From assembly GCA_963828255.1 (NCBI GenBank), contig CAWHDZ010000019.1:1-64000 (forward strand): 64,000 bases of DNA, in the 5' to 3' direction. The first letter of the stretch is position 1; every line of letters begins with the position of its first letter. Shown here piece by piece: positions 57,530 to 64,000 of this stretch. Source of the DNA: an uncultured delta proteobacterium (GTDB taxonomy: Bacteria > Myxococcota > Myxococcia > Myxococcales > Anaeromyxobacteraceae). Made by a program: the position numbers and the translations under genes. The notes below the pieces were generated by a model, which saw only the letters and a list, made by a program, of their open reading frames with translations, had not been told where the DNA came from and ran no database searches.

Positions 57530-58632
57530 CGCGGCTCGACCGCTACCTCGCCCGCGAGATCCTGCTGCCCTTCGCAGCGGCGCTCCTCTTCCTGACCCAG
57601 CTCCTCCTGGCCTCGCAGCTCCTGGCCCAGGCCGACGTCCTCTTCGGCGGCGGCGTCTCCTTCTGGGACGTGCTGCGCATCCTCCTCGACCTGGTGCCCC
57701 ACCTGCTCGAGTACGTGCTGCCGGTGGCCTTCCTGCTCGGCGCGGTGCTCGGGGTGGGGCGGCTCGCCGAGGACCGGGAGGTGGTGGCGCTCTCCTCGGT
57801 GGGCATCTCGCCGGTCCGGCTCACCCGGGTGCCGCTCCTCCTCGGGGGCGCGGTGTCCCTGCTCGCGCTCGTGATGGCGCTCGTGGTCGCGCCGGCCGGC
57901 CTGCGCGACGCGCGGGGCCGCGTCGACGATCTGATCCGGAAGAACCTCCAGGGCGAGATCCGCCCCGGCGTCTTCTACGAGGAGATTCCCGGCATCACCC
58001 TGTACGCCGCCCGGATGGAGGAGGGGCGCTTCCTCGAGGTTCTCATCGCCGATCGGACCAACCCGTCCTCTCCCCTGGTCACCTTCGCGCGCTCCGGCAG
58101 GTTCGTCCCCGGTCGCGATGGCGGCCTGCGCCTCGTCCTCGAGGACGGCGAGATCCACCGGGAGGAGCCAGGGGTCCGCGACTACGTGGTGGCCCGCTTC
58201 GCACGGGCCGCGGCCGACCTCGGCGTCGGAGCGGCCCTGGACGCGCGGAACCAGGTCGTCGTCTCCTCGTTCGCTTTCGAGATGCGGCCCGGGGAGATCC
58301 TGCGGAAGGCGGAGGGGGGAGGAGAGAGGCAGCGCCTCTACTGGCTGACCTTCTTCTGGCGGCGCATCGCCGTGCCGGTCGGGATCCTGGCGCTCGGCCT
58401 GCTCGCCGTGCCCATCGCATCCGTGCGCCGCGGGGGCCGGGCCTCCGGCTACGCGGTCTCGCTCCTCGCCGTCGTCGGATACTACGCGCTCCTGCGGCTC
58501 GGCGAGGGACTGGGGCACGACGGCGTGCTGCCGCCTTGGCTCGCGGCCAACCTGGCCAACCTCGCGGCGGTCGCCCTCGCCGTGGCGCTGCTCGCGGTCC
58601 TGGCCCGCCGGGGCACCGGGGTGGTGCGGTGA
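57526..58632 (+). CDS. lptF: LptF (copy 2)
   Basis: Duplicate of 48790-49896. Confidence 0.82.
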   Translation: MTRLDRYLAREILLPFAAALLFLTQLLLASQLLAQADVLFGGGVSFWDVLRILLDLVPHLLEYVLPVAFLLGAVLGVGRLAEDREVVALSSVGISPVRLTRVPLLLGGAVSLLALVMALVVAPAGLRDARGRVDDLIRKNLQGEIRPGVFYEEIPGITLYAARMEEGRFLEVLIADRTNPSSPLVTFARSGRFVPGRDGGLRLVLEDGEIHREEPGVRDYVVARFARAAADLGVGAALDARNQVVVSSFAFEMRPGEILRKAEGGGERQRLYWLTFFWRRIAVPVGILALGLLAVPIASVRRGGRASGYAVSLLAVVGYYALLRLGEGLGHDGVLPPWLAANLANLAAVALAVALLAVLARRGTGVVR

Positions 58633-59705
58633 CCCTCTTCCTCCACCTGGCGCGCCGGGCGCTCCTCGCCTTCCTGGGCGCGCTCGTCGCGGTGGTGGTG
58701 CTCTTCGTGGCGGTGGAGTTCGCCGAGGGGGCGAGCCTCTTCAAGGGGGAGGGCGCCCTCCGGGCTGCACTGCAAGTGTACCTGTACCGGGCCGCCGCGG
58801 TGGCCTGGCAGACCGCCCCGGCCGCCATGCTGCTGGCCGCCTCCCTGACCGCCACCGGGATACGGCGCACCCGCGAGTACGACGCCATGCGGGCGCTGGG
58901 GCTCGGACCCTGGCGGGTGGCCGCGCCGGTGCTCGTCGTGGCCGCGCTGGTGGCCTCCGGGATGGTGATCTTCGACGACCTCGTCGCGGCCGGCGCCGCG
59001 GCGCGCGCCGACGAGATCAAGGCGGCCAGAGGGCAGGGGACCAGCGCCTGGAGCCGGTGGCAGGGGCGCAAGTCCTGGTTCCGGGGCCGGGACGGGCGGC
59101 GCATCTACGAGCTGCGGGCCTCCGGGCCGGAGGGGTCGTTCGAGCGGGTGACCATCCTCGAACTGGGGACCGACTTCCGCCTGTCGCGCCGCCTCGACGC
59201 CGCGCGCATGATCCCCGGGCCGGGGGGAACCTGGGTGCTCGAGGGGGTCGAGGAGCGGCGCTTCCTCCCCACCGGCGAGATGACGCTCGAGCGGATGGAC
59301 CGGCGCGCCGAGCGGTTCGACGAGGACCCCGAGGCCTTCGCGGTCCGCCCCGGGTGGCCGGCCCAGATGCGGCGCGAGGTGCTCGCCGAGCAGGTGGCGG
59401 TCCGCTCCCGGCTGGGGCTTCCCACCTCCGAGTACGCGCTGGAGTGGCACCGCAAGCTCGCCTACCCCTTCGCGGCGGTGCCGGCGGCCCTGCTGGCGCT
59501 GGCGCTCGCCCTGCGCCGTTCCCGCAAGGGGTTCGTCACCGCGTCGCTCATCGAGGCGGTCGGGGTGTCGCTGGCCTTCTACGGGATGCAGGGGCTGGCC
59601 TGGTCGCTGGCCCGCTCGGGCCAGCTTCCGCCCGGGGCAGCGGCCTGGCTGCCGGACGTGCTGCTCGCCGCGGCCGGGCTCTGGGCGCTGCGGCGCTGGA
59701 GGTAG
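58629..59705 (+). CDS. lptG: LPS export permease LptG (intact)
   Basis: GTG 58629; [30 protein letters not shown]; follows lptF. Confidence 0.82.
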   Translation: MTLFLHLARRALLAFLGALVAVVVLFVAVEFAEGASLFKGEGALRAALQVYLYRAAAVAWQTAPAAMLLAASLTATGIRRTREYDAMRALGLGPWRVAAPVLVVAALVASGMVIFDDLVAAGAAARADEIKAARGQGTSAWSRWQGRKSWFRGRDGRRIYELRASGPEGSFERVTILELGTDFRLSRRLDAARMIPGPGGTWVLEGVEERRFLPTGEMTLERMDRRAERFDEDPEAFAVRPGWPAQMRREVLAEQVAVRSRLGLPTSEYALEWHRKLAYPFAAVPAALLALALALRRSRKGFVTASLIEAVGVSLAFYGMQGLAWSLARSGQLPPGAAAWLPDVLLAAAGLWALRRWR

Positions 59706-59713
59706 GAGCACCG

Positions 59714-60340
59714 ATGCCCGTCTTCACCCCGGATGTCGCCCTGGCCGCCGCCGCCCTCCGGCATGGTTCACTCGTGGTCTACCCGACCGAGACCTTCTAC
59801 GGCCTGGGCGCGCTGGCCACGCTTCCCGCCGCGCTGGCCAGGCTCCAGGTCGCCAAGCTGCGTCCGGAGGGCAAGCCGCTGCCGCTCGTGGCCTCCGACC
59901 CCGCCATGGCCTTCGCCCTCTGGGCCGGGGTCTCGCCCGCGGCCAGGCGTCTCGCCGGGGCCTTCTGGCCAGGACCCCTCACGCTGGTCGCGCCGGCGGC
60001 ACCCGGGCTGCCCGATGCGCTCTCGCCGGGGGGCTCCGTGGGGGTCCGGGTGCCGGGGTCGGAGCTGGCCCGCGAGCTCTGCCGCAGGGCCGGCGGACCG
60101 GTGATCTCCACGTCGGCCAACCCGTCGGGCGGCCCGCCGCCAGCCTCGGTGGATGCGCTCGACCCGGGATTGCTGGCCCGGATCGACCTGGTGCTGGACG
60201 GCGGGGAGACGCCCGGGGGGCTTCCCAGCACCGTGGTGGAGGTGGGGCCGGGGGGCGTCCGGCTGGTCCGGGCGGGGGCGGTGCCCTGGGACGCGGTACA
60301 GGAGGCGCTCCGGTCTCCCTTGCCCTCCCGCGAAGGCTGA
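59714..60340 (+). CDS. tsaC: L-threonylcarbamoyladenylate synthase (Sua5/YrdC)
   Basis: YPTETFYGL, FWPGPLT, VGVRVP, STSANPSG, PSTVV. Confidence 0.92.
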   Translation: MPVFTPDVALAAAALRHGSLVVYPTETFYGLGALATLPAALARLQVAKLRPEGKPLPLVASDPAMAFALWAGVSPAARRLAGAFWPGPLTLVAPAAPGLPDALSPGGSVGVRVPGSELARELCRRAGGPVISTSANPSGGPPPASVDALDPGLLARIDLVLDGGETPGGLPSTVVEVGPGGVRLVRAGAVPWDAVQEALRSPLPSREG

Positions 60341-60357
60341 TCTACGGTCCCGCGCCC

Positions 60358-61689
60358 GTGCCGTCCATCGCGCCATTCCAGGGAATCCGCTACTCGGTGT
60401 CCGGCCGGCAGCTCTCCGCCCGGATCGCCCCTCCCTACGACGTCATCACCGCGGCCCAGCGCGAGGCGCTCGCGGCCCGCGACCCCCACGGGATCGTCCA
60501 CCTCATCCTCGACCCGGAGCGGTCCGGGGACCACGAGGGGAGCGACCGCTTCACGCGGGCCGCCGACCGGCTCCGCGAGTGGAGCGAGTCGGGGATCCTG
60601 ATGCGCGATCCCCGGCCCGCCCTCTACGGCCTCGAGCAGGCCTTCGTCGGCCCGGACGGCAGGGAGCGGGTCAGGCGCGGCGTGATGGCCGCGGTCCGCA
60701 TGCACGACCTCCGGGACGGGATCATCCTGGCGCACGAGGCCACCATCCCCGCCTCGGTCGAGGACCGGCTCTCCCTCCTCCGCCACGTCCGCACCGACCT
60801 CTCGCCGGTCTTCGGCCTGCACGAGGATCCGCGCGGGGACGTGGCCGCGGCGCTCTCCGGGGCGTTCGGCCGCGACCCGGTCGCCGAGGCCACCACCGAC
60901 GACGGCACCCGGCAGCGGCTCTGGCGCATCGAGGAGCCCGGGGCCATCGGCGCGGTGCAGAAGTCGCTCGCCGACCGTCGCGTCCTCATCGCCGACGGTC
61001 ACCACAGGTACGCAGCGGCGCAGGCCTACCGCGACGAGCTCGACCGCGTGAAGCCCGGGCTCCCCCTGAACGGCGGCCACCGCTTCACCCTCATGTACCT
61101 GCTCGCCAAGAGCGACCCCGGCCTCATCCTCTTCCCGACCCACCGGCTGCTGCGGACGCTCGGCGGGGTCTCGCCCGACGAGCTGGCGCGTCGCCTCGCG
61201 CCGTACTTCGAGATCCAGGTGATCGAGGAGGACATCCGGCGCCCCACCGGGCGGGCCTGGGCCATCTCCCGGCTCTCCGAGCACATGGGGAAGTCGAGCG
61301 CGTTCCTGGTGGTCACCGCGGCCGACCGCAAGGCCCGGATCATCACCCTTCGCGACGGGGCCGACCTCTCCGGGCTGCCGCTGCCCACCCACGAGACCCT
61401 GCGGGCCCTCGACGCCAGCGTGCTCCACGGCGTGGTCCTGGAGGGGGTCCTCGGGCTGCCCGCCCGGGCCCGCGACACCCTCGACTTCGTGCGCGACGCC
61501 GGCGACGCCGTCACCCGCACCCTGGGTGGAGAGTACGAGGCGGCGTTCCTGCTCAACCCCACGCCCATGTGGCAGGTCCAGGCGGTGGCCGACGCCGGGC
61601 TGACCATGCCGCAGAAGAGCACATGGTTCCACCCCAAGATCCCGAGCGGGCTCGTGCTCCGCCCGGTCGATCCCAACGGGCCGCCGTAG
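60358..61689 (+). CDS. DUF1015 family protein
   Basis: APPYDVI, HEAT, IADGHHRY, PTHR, MPQKSTWFHPK. Confidence 0.85.
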   Translation: MPSIAPFQGIRYSVSGRQLSARIAPPYDVITAAQREALAARDPHGIVHLILDPERSGDHEGSDRFTRAADRLREWSESGILMRDPRPALYGLEQAFVGPDGRERVRRGVMAAVRMHDLRDGIILAHEATIPASVEDRLSLLRHVRTDLSPVFGLHEDPRGDVAAALSGAFGRDPVAEATTDDGTRQRLWRIEEPGAIGAVQKSLADRRVLIADGHHRYAAAQAYRDELDRVKPGLPLNGGHRFTLMYLLAKSDPGLILFPTHRLLRTLGGVSPDELARRLAPYFEIQVIEEDIRRPTGRAWAISRLSEHMGKSSAFLVVTAADRKARIITLRDGADLSGLPLPTHETLRALDASVLHGVVLEGVLGLPARARDTLDFVRDAGDAVTRTLGGEYEAAFLLNPTPMWQVQAVADAGLTMPQKSTWFHPKIPSGLVLRPVDPNGPP

Positions 61690-61734
61690 CGCGCTTCCCT
61701 TTCCCGCCGGGCCGCTTTGCGCTAAGAACCCGGG

Positions 61735-62760
61735 ATGCCGTTCCCCCTGGATCGTCCCCGACGCCTGCGCCGAACCGAGGCGCTCCGCTCCCTGGTTCGC
61801 GAGACCGTGCTCGCGCCCGACGACCTGATGTGGCCGCTCTTCGTGGTCCCCGGCGAGAAGGTCCGGAACGCGGTGAGGAGCATGCCAGGCGTCTTCCAGC
61901 TCTCGGTCGACGAACTGGTGGCCGAGGCCCAGGCCGGCTGGGAGGCCGGCGTGCGCTCGGTGATCCTCTTCGGCGTCCCGGTGCACAAGGACGCGGTCGG
62001 GTCGGGCGCGTACGACGAGAACGGAGAGGTTTCACGGGCGGTGCGGGCGCTCAAGAAGGCGCTGCCGGGGCTCGTGGTCGCCACCGACGTCTGCCTCTGC
62101 GAGTACACCGACCACGGCCACTGCGGGGTCCTCAGGCCGCCCAAGGCCGGCGGTCCCGGGCAGGATCTCACCGTGGACAACGACCTCACGCTCCCCATCC
62201 TGGCCAGGGAGGCGGTGGCCCACGCCCGGGCCGGCGCCGACATCGTGGCCCCCTCCGACATGATGGACGGGCGCGTGGCCGCCATCCGCAAGGGGCTCGA
62301 CGAGGCCGGCTTCGGCGACGTCCCCATCCTCTCCTACGCCGCCAAGTTCGCCGGCGCCTTCTACGGGCCCTTCCGCGACGCCGCCGAGAGCGCGCCGGTG
62401 GCCGGGCCGGGCGTGCCCAAGGACCGCAAGGCCTACCAGATGGACCCGGCCAACTGGCGCGAGGCCATCCGGGAGGTCGAGCTCGACCTCGCCGAGGGGG
62501 CCGACATGGTGATGGTGAAGCCGGCCGTCCCCTACCTGGACATCGTGCGGCTGGTGCGCGACCGGGTCAACGTGCCGGTGGCCGCGTACCACGTGAGCGG
62601 CGAGTACGCGATGATCAAGGCCGCCGCCGCGGCCGGCTGGATCGACGAGGAGCGCGTGGTGCTCGAGACCCTGCTGTGCATCCGCCGGGCCGGCGCCGAC
62701 TTCATCCTGACCTACACGGCCAAGGACGCGGCACGGCTCCTGACGGGTGCACGCCGTTGA
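61735..62760 (+). CDS. hemB: Porphobilinogen synthase (Zn-type)
   Basis: [49 protein letters not shown]. Confidence 0.96.
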   Translation: MPFPLDRPRRLRRTEALRSLVRETVLAPDDLMWPLFVVPGEKVRNAVRSMPGVFQLSVDELVAEAQAGWEAGVRSVILFGVPVHKDAVGSGAYDENGEVSRAVRALKKALPGLVVATDVCLCEYTDHGHCGVLRPPKAGGPGQDLTVDNDLTLPILAREAVAHARAGADIVAPSDMMDGRVAAIRKGLDEAGFGDVPILSYAAKFAGAFYGPFRDAAESAPVAGPGVPKDRKAYQMDPANWREAIREVELDLAEGADMVMVKPAVPYLDIVRLVRDRVNVPVAAYHVSGEYAMIKAAAAAGWIDEERVVLETLLCIRRAGADFILTYTAKDAARLLTGARR

Positions 62761-62954
62761 CCGAGGGTGGCGCCATCCGCTACGACGTCGTGGAGGTGGC
62801 GCCGGTCACGGAGGAGACGCTCGCCGGCGCCCTGAACGACCGCACCGCCAGGGGCTTCTGCTTCCAGTCGATCCACTTCGTGATGCGGGAGGGGTCTCAC
62901 CGGCCGGCCATGGCGTACCTCTTCTTCACGGAAGCGAAGGCGGAGAAGCCGTAG
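62757..62954 (+). CDS. Small DUF4177-like protein
   Basis: TTG overlapping the hemB stop; YDVVEV..VTEETL...[20 protein letters not shown]. Confidence 0.55.
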   Translation: MTEGGAIRYDVVEVAPVTEETLAGALNDRTARGFCFQSIHFVMREGSHRPAMAYLFFTEAKAEKP

Positions 62955-63503
62955 ATGCGCGACGCGCGACCAGGGGGCTCGCCGTACCCCAAGGCCGACC
63001 TCTGGCTGCGGGGGCTGGCGCGCGGCGTGGATTTCCTGTTCGCCTTCGCCCTGGCCACGCTGGGTCACGAGCTGGGCGCCATCCTCGCCGTCGTCTACCT
63101 GCTCATCGCCGACGGGCTGCTCCAGGGCCAGTCGCCGGGCAAGCGGCTCTTCGGCGTGCGGGCCATGCGCATCCCCGACCGGACGCCGGCCGCCTACAAG
63201 GAGTCGGTGCTGCGCAACGCCCTCTTCGCGCTGGTGGCGCTCTTCTACGTGGTCCCGCTGGGCTGGATCCTGCTCCTCCTGGTCGGGCTGCCCGTCATCG
63301 CCTTCGAGTCCTGGATGGTCTGGACCGACCGTCTGGGGATCCGCATCGGCGACATCTTCGCCGACACCCAGGTGGTGGACGGCAAGGTGGTGACCAAGAT
63401 CGAGGTCATCGTCACCCACGCCTTCCCGATGGCGCCGGCGCCCCCCGGGCCGACCGCCTCGCGCGTCGCCGGGCGAGTGGCGACGGGGACGGGCCCGGGG
63501 TGA
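62955..63503 (+). CDS. RDD family membrane protein
   Basis: RGLARGVD, GQSPGKRLFG, LRN, RIGDIFADTQV. Confidence 0.8.
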   Translation: MRDARPGGSPYPKADLWLRGLARGVDFLFAFALATLGHELGAILAVVYLLIADGLLQGQSPGKRLFGVRAMRIPDRTPAAYKESVLRNALFALVALFYVVPLGWILLLLVGLPVIAFESWMVWTDRLGIRIGDIFADTQVVDGKVVTKIEVIVTHAFPMAPAPPGPTASRVAGRVATGTGPG

Positions 63504-64000
63504 CCCCGAGCTCCACCGGGGGGCAGGCCGCAGAGGGTTCCGGCGGCGGCCCCGGGTCGCTCCCTGATTGGAACCGGCGCGTCCAGCGAATCGTCACCGG
63601 GGTGGTGATCGTCCTCGCGGTCATCTACTACGTTCGCCACGGGGGCGACTTCGAGGTCTACTGGCGAGCGGCCCGGCGCTTCGTCCGGGCGGAGGGGCTC
63701 TATCCCGCCACCGACGGCCTGGGCACCTACCGGTACGCCCCGGGAATCCTCGTCTTCCTCCTCCCCCTTGCCCCGCTGCCCCTGAAGGCGGGGCTGGTCG
63801 CCTGGTATGCGATCCTCGTCGTCACCACGGCCTGGCTGGCCCGGGTGTTGCCGGGCCAGAATCCGGGGTCCTGTCGCTGGCCTCGCCGTCCTGGTCGGGT
63901 TCCTCGGCGTCCTGCGCCCGTTCCTGGACGAGTTCATGTACGCCCAGGCAAACCTTCTGGTGCTGGGCCTGGCCGTCGCGGCCTTCATCGCGGAGGACCG
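63500..64000 (+). CDS. GT87 (DUF2029) family membrane glycosyltransferase, partial
   Basis: Hand translation from GTG 63500: ...GDFEVYWRAARRFVRAEGLYP...YRYAPGILVFLLPLAPLP...; open to the window end. Confidence 0.72.
   Translation, partial: MTPSSTGGQAAEGSGGGPGSLPDWNRRVQRIVTGVVIVLAVIYYVRHGGDFEVYWRAARRFVRAEGLYPATDGLGTYRYAPGILVFLLPLAPLPLKAGLVAWYAILVVTTAWLARVLPGQNPGSCRWPRRPGRVPRRPAPVPGRVHVRPGKPSGAGPGRRGLHRGGP

Overview
Very high-GC bacterial chromosomal segment. Gene content and order (DUF507, tandem DUF3108, Ser/Thr kinase with PEGA domain, Cys-rich lipoprotein, mreCD-mrdA-rodA, ccsA-hemACD) suggest a myxobacterium of the Anaeromyxobacter type; this is inference, no search was run. Most of the window is housekeeping: addB-addA, fbaB, yggS, maf, a diguanylate cyclase, ppiD, the elongasome genes, trxA, heme synthesis, truD, class II RNR (nrdJ), proC, purH-purD-purE, lptF-lptG, tsaC and hemB. 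Four things stand out. (1) An HNH endonuclease gene on the minus strand (start 1308, missed by the ORF track because it has no stop in the window) carries a perfect 22-bp palindrome, and a near-copy of it recurs in an intergenic hairpin cluster at about 39.1 kb, a possible HNH-associated REP-like repeat system. (2) An 8.74-kb tandem duplication (41202-49940 / 49941-58676) fuses the first 16 codons of lptG in frame to a Ser/Thr kinase at its junction. (3) A TAnnnT -10 box recurs 6-9 nt before start codons, suggesting leaderless mRNAs. (4) Single-base homopolymer deletions (addB, mrdA, second purD) look like long-read errors, so the duplication and apparent fusions need read-level checking. No rRNA, tRNA or CRISPR array was recognised.
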